Shown here in pieces: positions 25,582 through 39,170 of a DNA stretch of 64,000 bases. The DNA comes from Lama glama (taxonomy: Eukaryota). Within the stretch, counting starts at the first letter, position 1, and each line of letters opens with the position of its first letter. The stretch covers positions 92,878,001 through 92,942,000 of the forward strand of contig CM052816.1 of NCBI GenBank assembly GCA_028534125.1, in the 5' to 3' direction. Under the pieces are notes generated by a model, which saw only the letters and a list, made by a program, of their open reading frames with translations, did no database searches and was not told the origin of the DNA. The translations under genes were made by a program, and so were the position numbers.

Positions 25582-28500
25582 ACCCTCTTGGGCTATACCC
25601 TTCACCCTTCTTTTCTATTTTTATTTTGTAATTCCCTATTTGCTACTTAACCAGAGACAGCATGCTTTAAAAGGTCAGAATCCAGAGCCATCCAATCTCC
25701 AGGTCCCAGGATAGGCGCTCCAGCAAGGCAGGTGCAAAGTTAGTGCCCCACATTTCAGAGCAGCCAGACACCAAGACTTAACATGAAATTCACACAAGTG
25801 CCAGAAACACCTGGCAGGAAAAGATCTCTGTGTTTGAAATTTTCCCTCATATTTGTAAATACTCATATTCCAGCTATTATATGAAAAAATACAATGGGAC
25901 TTTAAACTTTGAAAACTTTAAACCTGTGAAATATAAACCACTGAAAACAAAATGTAAACGTGGCAATTTATTTACAAACGTTTTAAATACAGGAATATTA
26001 ATTTGTTTTCAACACTCAAATGGATTTCAGAATAAATCACCTGCCCCCTGGGGCATTCTTGTGGCTCACTGCTGTCAAACTGTAAGCACCTTCCTCTCTC
26101 AAACCTCAGGGCAGAGTCCACAGAGGAACCTATGGTAGGGAAAGTAGTACACAGAAACAGTCTTGGAAACGGGCTGTTCCTGCTAAGCTAAAAATACTCT
26201 TGTGAAAACTAAATTTAATGGTCAAGTGTTTCAGAAGACCACTGCATTTATGAAATGAATAAATCCACTCTCAACCTTCTAAACACGTGCATAAAATGTT
26301 CAACAGCCTTATAAAGACAGGACTTAAGACCAAATTCTCAAGTGACCATGATTTAAAGAAGAATTAAATGTTTTGGCTATCTCCATTCACTTGGCATTCA
26401 GTAAAAGTGAAAGATTTGAAAAATTCAATGTATCTAAATTTTAAAATCATCTCCGAAAGCATAAAAAGACCTGTTTTTATAAAGGACTGGCATAAAATAT
26501 ATTTTTTTAAAAAAACTATGCTTGATTGTCGTTATCCCAAAATGCATTAGCCTCCCCCCAAAATGGTCGCAAATCAGTATTTCTGATGCAGGGACACTTT
26601 TACTGTAACGTAGTATTTTGCGAACTTTTCTTTCACAAGCTTTGTCTCCCCCAACCCAGCATCTAAGTGTCCTATATATTTTCATGACTCTCATAAATTA
26701 TGCTGAGCCCCTACTAAATGGACTAATGTTACATTAGACAAAATAGGCTACATGGAGGGAGGTTCCCAAAATATTTGTGTAACTGTCAATGTGATCAAAT
26801 TAGTGTTACTGAAAATGCCCAGGTAGATTTAAGTGAACTGAGCCTTATCAAGCCTAATCTTGAGAAACACTGGCTTATAAAACATATCTTCCTTCCACAC
26901 CTTGAGGTTATGCTCCCAAATCTAGTTTTATCCTGGTATAGCTCTAAATTTTAATGCTAGAATAATGTAGAATCTTCAGTTCCAAGAATATACAATTTAT
27001 GCAAAGGAAAAACAAGAAATGGAATCCATTACTAGACCTTCAAAGATTAAAAAGGAAAAATTGTGGAAGGGAAGGAGTTCTAAACAAAAAGTGGAGAAAA
27101 TTGGAAGGTAACTGGAAAACTTGTTGAAAACATTTGAATCCTAACAGTCATAAAAGAAAACTGTGCTCTCAATTCCAGCTCGCAATGTTTTGGGAGTAGT
27201 GTAGTTCTAACTAGTAGCAGCCTGGCAAATATTAATGGACCTCTTCTCAGAATACTGTTTTCAAATATGTAAAATAAAACACAGAAAGTTACACAGAAAA
27301 CTAATTATATTTTTTAAAGTTATCTAAAGATTTTAAAGTATTATGTGCTTCTTTATTGCATACTAAATAACAAGATCTAGCTGTCAGTCTAGTAGTCACT
27401 GATTCTGAAGCAGTGATGAGCATTACTGAAATTCTGGGAGATCTGCAGTAACCACACAGAATGGAATCTGAAAATATCTGCGATGTCCACTGGTGACAAG
27501 TCACAGGTGCTACTAGAGCAGCTGCATCACATTCACAAGTGAAAGATACTGTGTTTAACTGGACAGCTGTGAAAATAAAGATGTAATTAATTTCTTTCCC
27601 AACCAAGTTCACAGGTCTTCACTCCAGACAGACCAAAATCTCTTACTCTAAACACCGTATTCCCTACTTGGCTTGCTGAATTCTACCTTTGGAGGGAACG
27701 TCTTAAAAAAGTCACCAAACACAGTTTCTTAACCAGGGGACCATAAACTCCACAACAGAATCTTTCTTGGACAAGGGTGCAAGTGTGCCGTGTCCACCCC
27801 TGACTGTAGCTGACCAGCTTCTCAGAGCTGCTAGTCAATTTCTCCTTAAACTATGAAGGTGAAGTAGAGTTGGCTGGGTAGACGGACAGACAGAACGTAG
27901 ACCCGAGGGAGAAACAGGCAAAACAGTGGCTATTTCCGAGTGAACCAGCTCCCACTTCCCACAGATCCTCCCAGGGAGGCAAGGCCACACCTCCTCCCTC
28001 CCCTCCCCTAGGCAGACTGAAGGGCTCTGTACACTTAAGATAAATCCCCTCTGGTGCCCCAGCAGCCAAGAGTCTTAACTAAGTCAGGTCCAGAAAGTAT
28101 ATGCCAAACTGTGCATGTAACTAACTCCCTGCGTGCAAACTACTAAAAACCACAGCCACTGAGCATTAAGCCAAAATGGATGGATGGTGACCAGATCTAA
28201 CTTCTCAATAAACCAGCAGCACTGTAAAGTGGATCTTTCCCAAAAGTACACAAAGAATCTATACCCCAGTGATGCTGAAGTGTCAGCAGACACACTCCTT
28301 TGTTTCACTCTTCTGCAGAAGCCTTACCTAAGCCTACTTGTGTTCACTGCTGGGTTTTTTGGTGGCATCATGCTGCCTTTTCAGAGGACAGCCAACACAT
28401 ACAGCCGGCAAGTGGCTGTAGATGTATGTTGACCACTGCTGAGGGCAAGAGTCACAGAGACAGACCCTTCTCCTTTACATGTGGGAAACAACAAAAACAA

Positions 28501-29539
28501 CACAAACCCTCTGTGCTTTGATGCCAGCGTTTTTGCTTTCAATTAGCAATGAGCCAATTTCTTTCTTGTTTTCTAAGCTTATGACCAGAGAAGACGTTTC
28601 AGACTGAGAAACATCCAGGAACAGAGAAGAACTAGTGCTTAAACCTAGTCAGGTTTCAGAGACACACATGGTCTACTGAACAATTATTCCGCAGCAGCCT
28701 CTCTGTATCTCTGTGGGTGATTTCCATCTGTACTCAGCCAAGTGATGAGACAGAAGAATAGCCATTGGCTGAGCCCTGCCTTTGTCCTCCATTATCCCAA
28801 ATAATGTAGATTGCCTAATTCTGACCTCGGGCTGTGCAGCTTATGGTCTACAATCAAACGTTGCAAAGTTTAGCCAGCCAGCATTACCTTAAATGGTGCA
28901 ATTTTAGAGTTCTTCAAATGCTGAAAAATCTGGATTGGCATTCCTGTAGTTTTAGTCAAAAGGATGATTACCTACAGCGACCAATGAGAGACTTAGCAAC
29001 AGGTTTTTCCTATAACAGCACTATATTTTTGGCAAGCTAAAATGTTTTGTTTCTTTTACAACAGTATAAATAATTTTCTGTGTGTATGTTTTTTGCTGAA
29101 CATAAATCAGTTCTTTCTCTGCGGTCATACAAACTGAAGCACAAACCAGATGTCTGATTTACTTATTTTCCTGGGCAAATCAGGCCTGGTTGGGTCTGCT
29201 GGACATTCTGTGTATCTTTGTAACTCTAGGACTGTAACGATTTCCAATCCTTCTCCCAAATATATGCATGATATTTGGTTTTATGGCAAGGCTAGACATA
29301 ATTTAATAGCTGGAATGCTGAAATAGGGTCACATTCCAATTAATTTCTCATTATTACAAACCACTAATATTCTATCTTCATTTTATCAAATGCTGAAATT
29401 ATAGATCAAGTTAAAATGAGTACTTAAATTTTAATATTTTTATGCAAATGGTTGAAAAGTAATTAAACACATTTCTGTGTAGATAATATTCTCTTTCAAG
29501 ACCTTCAAATCAACTCCAAAACAAGTTTTACTTTTACTG

Positions 29540-29590
29540 ACTGCATAGCACATAGTAGGTGTTCAATAAATGCTGCATGAACGAATAAGC
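29540..29590 (+). mobile_element. L2 3' terminus
   Basis: gcacatagtaggtgttcaataaatgctgcatgaacgaat. Confidence 0.7.
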
Positions 29591-32500
29591 GAGCATTAAA
29601 GGCTGTCTTAAATAATGGTGACTGTGAATGGCAAAGGGTTCAGTGACTAGCTAAAGGCTACTAAAGCATGTGTATCAAATTTTTAAATAAAACCAAAACT
29701 TTCTAACTCCAGTGTATACAAATTACTACACTCTCTCCATGGAATGTGTTTTTTCAATTAAAAAGGAAGAAGCTAACTAGTATCTACATTACAAAGCTAT
29801 CACAAAGAACTTTTATATGTTTAATATGAAACTTAAAAAAAGAATCTAAAGCATGATACAACCACCAGAATCTCTGGTTTGAGTAAAATACAGAAAATAC
29901 CAAGAGTATAAATGCATCTATAAGGCATTTCTTTAAGACCCCAACACGCGGCCTGGTTGCCCATCCTCCTCCGCGTCCTCTTCTCCCCGACTTCATCTGC
30001 CTTCCATTTAATCACCTGGAATCCTGCTTTTCTCAAATAATTTTTCACCTATCAAAACTGGCTACCATTTGCTTTTAATAATAAATCCCTTCGAAAATAC
30101 TTTGTCTAATTACCAAATCACTCTACAGCTGGTGACAACACTTGACGATCCAAGTGCTATCAACTTACAGATATTTTCAAGCTAATCCTAAAATGCCATT
30201 AAGTACTTATCACTTTTCATTTCCCAAAAGGAAGTATCAATCTACTAGTGGGTAATTCTTTTTTTAGGAACTCATCACTATGAATCCAATATGAGAAACT
30301 ATAATTAAGTTTAGAAAACAATTTTATTACCACGACTGCACAAAATAAATGCAAACAAGTTACACAGCATTTCACTGATATGCATTTTATGACAATAACT
30401 CAAGAACTCCAGTTAAATAAAACGAAGACCATCATAGACTTGATATATCATTACCCACAACAGAAGCCTATTTATGAAAGAGGGCGAGTTATTTCCTGGG
30501 ACTCAGTGGTAAAGTTACAGCAGTAATTCAAATTTTTCACCTCTGTAACAAAATCATTTTAAAGTCACTATAAATAATGCCTGGAATCAAAGGAGAGAGA
30601 TTCAGACATGCCAATTAGTGATCAACAGAAATGACACCATCCTGCAAAAGGAAAGGAAATGGCAGCGTGGGAACTCCTTCTTAAAAACACAACTCTTGTA
30701 CTGTCAAAACCTCGTGAGGAAGAACATGATGTAAAAACAAAATGAGGACCTTTCCGTTTGTAAAAGAAAGAAGGATGGAATAAGGCCGCCTTAATACCCA
30801 GTATGAACATAACAGAGGTGATGAAAAAAGCAGGCTCGGGTGTCTTAAATTTCCCTTTAATTCTGTGTTACGCAAAGAACAAGGAACTTAATCCACGCAT
30901 TCACCTCAAATAACCTAATTAAAACGGAAAAATTCAACCACAGGAGTCAAAAATGTAAACCTGTAATAGTGGCCCTAACACCCCGGCTGCAGAGGTCACC
31001 TAGTGGCTGTAAGCACCAGATCCAGGGGGGAAATTGTAAAGGCCTCCTGGCTTCAAGGCTCCCTTCCCATCCTGGGGGCAAAGGGCATGGCCTGCCCCAG
31101 GAGAGTACCCCCAGACAGACCTGGGTTTCTGGGTGACATTTCCAACAATAAATTTGCATTTCAACATAGGTTATTCCCAAAATCAGGCTGAAACATAGAG
31201 CACTAATTCAAATGAAAAAGATGGACGTACAGGAACATGAATTTAAACTTCGACTGCAAATTTCAGCATGAACTCTTGAGCCCTGGCACCCACTAACAGG
31301 TCAAACAGGCCAAATAAATCCAACAAACTAAAGCCTAGCTTAACGGGCCACATTCCCAATCAGGAGCAGGAGCAGATACGCACACACAAGCACTTTCCAG
31401 CACTAGACAACAAAAGCAAGTCATTCCACCACAGGGAAACAACAGATTAGAAATCAACCCTCTTGAAAATCAAGTACAAGTCTTTGTGGAGAGTCTCTCC
31501 TCAGTTCACCTATGTGGGACATCCCCATTTGGGGACTTCAGGGTAAACTTAAAAGGCATCTCTTGCATGAGGCTGTTAATAGCACAGAAAACTTGCTGGT
31601 GGATTGAACACAAGGCGCATGCACTCTTCAGGGATGGTAAGGTCCATGAAATCGGCGATAAAGCATTTCACTGACTTCAGGATGATGTGCTTGGGTGTGG
31701 TGCTGTGGATGCTGACACCTGCAAACACAGCCAGCTTTCAGAGCTACTCAGACTTTTCAATTTTACGAACATAACACGGAGTCCTAGAAACTTTTCCAAG
31801 GATCTTGCCTGAAATTATCACCATTCTTCAAGGGTATCTATTCTCTGGTAACTGTGAGGAACCACCTCGCAAATCCCACCGCAGTTTCCTCCCTTCCTGA
31901 TTTGCTACGGTTTGAATACCCTCCCACTATCACACTACGATCAGTTGATCCCGATATACAGATAAAAAAGCACAATCATCAAGAAAAGGAACTTTGGGGA
32001 GAGATTTAAGTCACTCTCTGTAAGTAAGAAATGATTGTTCAGTAGTTAGGTACAGAAAGAGTATTTGCGTGACTGAAAAAACCTGTCTCCGCCACCCTCT
32101 GTGGGTAGAATGCTGCCACGGGCTCCTCCAGGCCCACTGTTGGAACCAAACTGCTTCTCCGGGACCAAGAGCTCCTTACAGGTCTGCAGCTGGCCTTCCT
32201 CTTTCACACCCAGCCCCGGCCTCACCCCACACCTGGCCCACAGCGGGCTCCCCATCCAAGGCAGGCCCCAGAAATCAGCATCTTCCAGCAGCTAGGATCC
32301 TTGGGCCCTGCCAACAGCTATGCTTTGAACACTGGTCATCTTTCCTTAAGATACCTTTTTCTTTAAAGAATAGAGTGCTTTTGAAACCTGACTCTGTAGA
32401 AACTTCTTGACCTAGTTATGAAAATCTGGGTTGGCCTCATATTGATGTGTATAATTTTAAAAGGCCCTGTGGCCTGTTTTCAGGTTCATGTTAACTCCAG

Positions 32501-33109
32501 CCTTAAAAAAGATGGGAGGGTAAGTCCAAGAAATGGAAGCGAAGTATGGGGAAAGGGAAGACCAAGAAACATTCTTGACAGGCTCATGGAAAGCTCTCCT
32601 GTGAAGACATTCCCAAGAGCTCAGACAATCTCACCAGCGCGCTGTCTTTCCCTGGCGTGACCTTTGCACAGTCTGCTCATCGGGAAATCAACTCAGTGAA
32701 ATAAAAACAGTCAGAGGCAACAAACCAGACTTTAAATCTCAAAGGAAAACCTTGAGGAAAGGTGCTGCTTCAGCCTCCTCTGTGAATGATCAAAACCAGT
32801 AATCAGCCAGCAAGCACTGATGAGGGTCTGCAGTGAGCCTGGCCCGTCCAGGGACGGGGATTTCACTGGAGACACAATCCAAGTGCGAGAGGTGTGAGTC
32901 TTGAGAAGCAACTAATTACTAACAGCAAACAACAGTACGGAGATCAATAGCAGCAACATGCACACAGCCAAACAAGGAAAACGGAGGATGCTTTCTGCGG
33001 GAGACGACCTTATACCATAGAAGTGTCTGGGCCTCTAGCCCACCTCTGCTGACTTAACAGTCACCACTTCCCGGCAGCCTCCCGCCCTTGGACATGGGGA
33101 TGTGCATGC

Positions 33110-33200
33110 ACTTGTTCATTCATCCAGCTGACATCTAGTAAGCATCGACTGTGTGCTGGGCGCTGGGGATGCAAACATGAATAAGATTTTGCCTCGATGT
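33110..33200 (-). mobile_element. L2 3' terminus
   Basis: ttcattcatccagc...taagcatcgactgtgtgctgggcgctggggatgcaaacatgaataaga. Confidence 0.7.
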
Positions 33201-35504
33201 AAATTACAGCTTAGAAAATAAAATATCAGGAAGAAATTACATGATGCCAGGGTGACTGTGAGTCATGAATTACGATGAATAATAACACCACAGTTTAGGG
33301 GAAGGAATTAAATTACCCCCAAAATGAGAGCTATTGGGTCTGCTTGCTAAACTAAGTTTATTAAAATCATCATAAAATGCAAATTTTATATTAGATAAAA
33401 CTGTGGTTAAAGAGGGGTCGAGAAGAAAGAGATTCAGAGTCCTGGGCCCTGCGAAGAGAAGAGGCACAGTAGGCAGAAGGGGACACGCAGAAGACGACTC
33501 AGCGCGAGGGGCCTGGGGACAGAGAGGGGATGCTCCAAGGGTTTAAGACTGTACTTCGGTACCAGTGCATCATCTAGACTCTCCCCAGGAATCTCTCCCT
33601 AAATTCCTGTCCAGAAATAAAACTCTGGACTACCTCCAGCCAAGTCCAGCAGTGGCCATGTGGAACACTGTCATTCTCAAGTGGTCAGAGAAGAGACAAG
33701 ACAGAAATGCAGGGAAAAGGAAGAAATGAGAAAAAGAGGGATTAAAAAGGAAAGGCAGAGTCCCTTCAATGAAGAAAGGCAGTAGTCACTTCAGCAGGTC
33801 TGGAATCAGTGCACGTGCCCCTGGGGGCCACCATCTGTCCCCTCTTAGCTGACTTAACCTCCTCTGGGAGCTAGAAAGCCCGGAGACGCAGGGTTCAGAA
33901 TGACACAGCGGTGAGGGCACGCACAGCTCCGAGTGAAGGCACTGGTGACAGCTATTTATAGAGTTTAGGAGCCTTTTTGAAAAGCTTACTTCTGGGCAGA
34001 TGGGGCTCTGTTTGGGGAAGGAGGGCTAGGCTGTGAGGATGACCTCGGGGTGAATCACTCTGCTAAAGAGAGGAAAGTCCCTCTGAAGGGCATGCCAAGA
34101 CACAGAGCCTCGGAAGACGGATGGTCAACAGGGAGAATGAAATAAAATACAGCTTCTGGGAAGTTTAAGGGGGTAGGGGCGGGGGGTAAGGGTTTCTTGC
34201 ATTCATTTGTTCTCCTAGAGAGCGTCCTTCCTTCACTGAGAGACGGCGAGCTCCATGGCCACTGCACATCCAGGGCCGACTGGGAAGGGCCCACCTGCTC
34301 TGCTGCCCGTGGTCCTCGGGGCTGCCCGAGCCCTTAGTGTGTCTAACAAGTAACTCAAGAGGCAAAATAACAGCGACACTTCAGGGCACTATGTGTAAAC
34401 GGCTGAATCGGAGTTGAACACGCAGACGCTGCAATGAGGACACTCCTGCCGAGGTAACCAACAATCAAGGGAATGAGCTGAGAGGCTTATTAGAGGAAAA
34501 ATACAAGCACATCAACGCCAATGGGCTCGCTGAAAGGAACGATACAGGATTCATTCCAACTCTTCCAAAGAGAAAAGATTAGCCTTCCCTACAAAAGAGG
34601 AGTAAGTTCATGGAAAGCCACCCAGTGATTCTCCAAATCCCACTGGCTGGGAGGTCACTGTCCAGTCTTCTTGAAGCAACCTCAGGAAGACGGGTCCTGG
34701 GCGTGGGCAGCAGGAGCCTTTCTGCCCTGGATGCAAATAGGATCCTGGGCAGATTCTACCACTAGTTTTGTCTAATTTCTGTGACAGGTGGTTTTACAAG
34801 CCAAATAACCTCCCCTCAAGTCATCCATTTCAATAATTGGGCAACTTCATCCCAATTCATTCAAGCCAGTGCCAGCAGACTGCCACAGGGCAGCTCCCAG
34901 GAGGCTGAGCCAACCTTGCCAAGTGGTGAGCCATGCTTATCAAAGAAATTAGGGCTTAATCCCACATTTCCCACTTTGCTCCTGTAATGGCTCTGAGGCC
35001 TATGATAAGATTATTTTTCAGATGCTTTTTCATATAATTATCAAGCTTTTTTTTTTAATTTACTAGCACTGACACAGAAGTGTCAGAAGACTTAATTCAA
35101 CTGAATGACTCACCCTGAAGGAGGAGTTACTACACCCAACAGAACTGGGGTTTGCAACCGACCTACCTGTTCCACCTCTGAGTGGCATCAGAAACCACCA
35201 TCAGTACCAGCAGCACAGGCTCACAAAGAGCACTTACACAGGCAGAGAAGAGGATTGGAAGAGGAGTGCCCTGCACTGTTACTGTCTGGACTCAGTTTAA
35301 AATACATATTCACATATAAGCAAGTCAGGAACTGTCTGGAGACTGGAAAACTTCCTTGTTTGGGGGGGGGGGTTCGGAAATAACTGTTAACATATGGCAC
35401 ATGAGAAATGAACCTCATGAAAATGTATGTAGGGATAGCCTGTTAAGACTCCTGAATACTTTAAGAATGTGAGAACTTTTTTTTAATCTAAAAATGATGT
35501 TCTT

Positions 35505-35621
35505 GGGGGATGGGCATAGCTCAGTACCTCCATATAGAATTAAATAAAATTTTAATAAATATAAATAAATAAAATACAAATTTTATAAATAAAACTTAAA
35601 TTAATAAAATAAATAATTAAA
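35505..35621 (+). mobile_element. Internally deleted camelid SINE with AT-rich tail
   Basis: gggggatgggcatagctcagt is joined directly to acctccat. A (TAAA)-rich tail follows. Degenerate TSD taaaaatgatgttct (35489-35503) / taaaaattatgtgct (35622-35636). Confidence 0.75.
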
Positions 35622-36708
35622 TAAAAATTATGTGCTAATGTGTAACTACAAGCACCTAAAAAACAAACTAAGCTTTACTGAATTTTTAAATCACATAATA
35701 AGACTGTCATTTCCTAATCTGAAGTGGTTTTGATATATATCCACTCTGCTTATTTGCACAATGTAAATTGTAAGTGTGTCTGTGTAGGTATACACATGCA
35801 CACGCTCCAGAACTCCAGTCAGCTGCAGTTCCCTAAAAGAGTCAAAGAACTACTGTCCTTCTGAGAGATGCAATCTTTAAGGCTGCACATCAATCCAGAC
35901 TAGAACAGGGAAAGAGAAAAAGTTTCAGAGGTCCTCTTACGGAAAATATCCTTCACGTGGTTGATCACATATAAAACGCCTTGAAAGTGAGTATGCTGCC
36001 TGAATCTACACTAAATCTAATCTTGTAATACTCCTTTTACTATTAAGCCAGAAGATAAAAATTATGCCTGACTACTGCTATCAAACTAATAAGGGAGAGT
36101 ATGAAATCTCTAAGTGGACCAAAAAAAAGAAGCAAATTCTATGTGAGTTCTTAGAGCTGAGGTGAAGAGGCCACTCCCCAAATGCTTTAAATAGTCTCCC
36201 CACCTTCCATCACTGCCACTGTTTATTGTATGTGCATATATAATCCCCATTTTAAATCATGGTGTGAACTCTGCCATTTTTACAGGTGAAAAACAAAGCA
36301 AGCACTGATATTTTTAAATGTTCTCAAGTATCAGTACAAAGAATATGGGCTAGGAGAGTGTTAAATTACAAGCCATCTGTGCTGATAATTTACGATGTGA
36401 TTTCTCTAATCTCCTTCAACACTACATAACATCTCTATGGCAACACAGTGACTTCAAGAGCGAGTCTGGAGGGCCCATCGTGCATTCAGTCTGTTCACAC
36501 AGCACAGAGCCAGACTGCTCGGCGAGCTCCTCAAGGAGCCAGGGTCTTCTCCCTCAGGAAGGATGTCCCATCGTAAGTGGACTGCACTCACTTTCTCCAT
36601 CCCCTTCAGACGTGTAAGTGACCTGGTCCTCACACTGCACATCATACCTTACACAACACTGGCCATGGCTGTATAACCCAAAACCAACATGTGCACCCTG
36701 GCACAGCT

Positions 36709-36872
36709 CAGTGGTTCCTATCTTGACCTGTGCATCTGACTCACCAGTAGGGTTTTTTCAAAAGACAGGTTCCAGGGCCCCACTCTAGAACTACTAAATG
36801 CAAACTGCTAGAGATTCTGTAATTTTAAAACACTTTTTAGGTGTCTCTGTCCTAGTCTGGGTTGAGGAACCA
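36709..36872. mobile_element. MER5-like hAT-Charlie DNA transposon
   Basis: cagtggttcct...gcatctgactcacc...ccagggccccactctaga...ctgtaattttaaaacac...aggtg...ggttgaggaacca. Confidence 0.7.
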
Positions 36873-37599
36873 AGAGCGTAAATCACAACAAGCGTTCGCT
36901 GCGCCCCCCTTGGAGCTGCCCCCGGGGGAGGCCCAGCAGCTCACACTCACGGAAACGAGCACGACCCAAAGGACCAGAACGCGGTCTCGACAAGGTACTG
37001 TGCCGACACTGACGCCGGTGAGACCCGGGTAAGACAGACGGTGCAGTTTCCCAAGGGAAGGGATGCTGCAGCTGAGCTAGGAAAACCAAGAAGAGGAGGG
37101 AACACCAAAGACAGAAACAGGATAGAGCACGGACATGGCGTGGGCTGCGCAATGGTGGCTCGAGAGGCTGAAGGCACAAGAGGTCCAGAAGCTTCCCTTG
37201 AGGCCGGCCCAGACAAGGCGGATGGACTGACTAGGTCTGAAACTCAGAAAACTGCATTTGTGACTCACACGTGGCCTTGGTTACAAAGGACGTTCCTACA
37301 CCAGGCAAAGAAAAAGAGGGTTTGGGGGTGGCAGAAAAAGAACTGAAAATGTCTCCGCCCTAGCTTTACCAAAATTCTCATCTGTGACACAGGACAAACG
37401 CTATGTCTATCAATAAATGTGTGATAAATGAGAGCTAATAGACTAGGTCCTCTTAAGAGCATCTCAAATTTCATTTTCACCTTGAGAGCAATTCCAATTA
37501 GGTGGACACGAGCTTGTTGATCTCTTTTAATTTTAATTTCTCCGTTATTCCCCAGCACATTTTTAAAAGAGGCCAGAAGAGAGAATCTGCCTAATCATC

Positions 37600-37700
37600 T
37601 TGCCTCTTTAGAATATAAACTCCCACTGGCCAGAATATTATTTTTGTCTTCTCCAGCTGTATAGGACCTAGCACATTGACACTGTTCAAAGGATAAACAG
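37600..37700 (+). mobile_element. L2 3' fragment
   Basis: tagaatataaactccc...ggccagaatatta...cagctgtataggacctagcaca. Confidence 0.5.
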
Positions 37701-38819
37701 CTCATTCACTACACCGTGCCACGTATATTAAATAATGCCCATAAAGTCCTTTGAAGATGAAAACCACTTCAAGTGCTAAGTAATTCTGAGCTAGGCATCT
37801 GAAACTGAGAAACAAAGATGACAGACCAAACATCATAAAAAAGGTCACCACCCAGCAGGAAAGCTCCTGTTTCACCAGACCTCTGGTCCCTTTGCCAGCA
37901 GGCCACATAGCAGACAAAACCCCAACCTGCCTTACGTGTTTCTAACACGTCTAATCAGGAGAAGAGATTTCAAAGTGCTAAAAAGAACGAAAGTCTTCAG
38001 TGGTTCCTTTCTTTCAGGGACCATGCCCAAAAGCAACTTCAAAGCCACACAAATTCTTCTTCTTTCTGAGATGTCTCCTTCTAAGTGAAGCTAAAATACT
38101 CTGTATGAAGTGTCAACTCGATTCTAAAATGGGCACAATGAAAATTCTTGCAACAGAGCATATGCGATTTTATGCAAATTAATGCAGTTTGCCTTGGAAT
38201 CTAACCCGTACTCCTGATCCCATACGCGAGTGAGCAGAGCTGACTCCAATGTTCGAGAACACAGAACTGACACTAGCAGGAGAACTCTGGCTGCAATTTT
38301 TAACACTCAGACCATTTTCAGTAGGAGCACAGCACAAAGCTGCCTCTCCCTTCGGCTTCCCTGGAACGCTAACAGGGAGACTAAGTGTCATCAGCTCGCA
38401 CCATTTCAGGTGTGCTGTCCCAATATACATCAGTGTGAAATACACACTGACCCCAAACACACCACCTGTTGGGAAGCAAAGTCTGTCCTTTACTTTTTGA
38501 CTGAGACTCTGAAATTTTCAATTCAGGGAATAGTTACTCCAACGTCTTCTAAGAAATTACCAAATACACCATCAAATCACAACTGAAGCCCAGTCAGATC
38601 TTATCCACAATGCTCTCCTTCAAAAAGGAGTGATTTCTTTTTTTCCCTCTCCCTGACACTAAAAAAAGAGATGTAGAAAGCTCCCCGAATGGGGTCACAG
38701 ACCTCAGGGTGATGTGCATGGCACAGCAGGACGAAGCCTCAGCAGGCAGACTCTCTTTCCACCCACGACACCCACCTTTGGGAGACCACCCCCGTGCACT
38801 CGGCAACCTTCTATCCACC

Positions 38820-38960
38820 CTTAATAGCTACTAACCTCCAGGAAGTAAAAACCTCTCTGAGCCTCCTCCCTCAGGTATAAAACTGGGTGTCACTCCCTAC
38901 CTTGCAGGGGGCTGTGAAAATTAAATAGCCGGTGGTTGTAAGCACTCGATAAATGAAGCT
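38820..38960 (+). mobile_element. MIR SINE
   Basis: aacctctctgagcctc...tataaaactggg...ctaccttgcagggggctgtgaaaattaaat. Confidence 0.7.
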
Positions 38961-38994
38961 GGTTAAGAATCTGAAATATTGCCAATTCAGCCAT

Positions 38995-39170
38995 AACTTT
39001 TTTTTACTGATATATAACTCACACACTATAAAATTCACCCTTTTAAACTGTACAATTCAGTGGGTTTTACTATATTCACAATGTTGTACAACTATGACCA
39101 CTAGCTAATCCCAGAACATCTTCAGCACCCAAAAATCTTTCCCCAGAATGTTTGATCCATTAGCAGTCAT
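38995..39170 (-). mobile_element. L1MB-type 3' terminus
   Basis: ttttactgatatataactcacacactataaaattcacccttttaaactgtacaattcagtgggttttactatattcacaatgttgtacaac. Confidence 0.85.
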
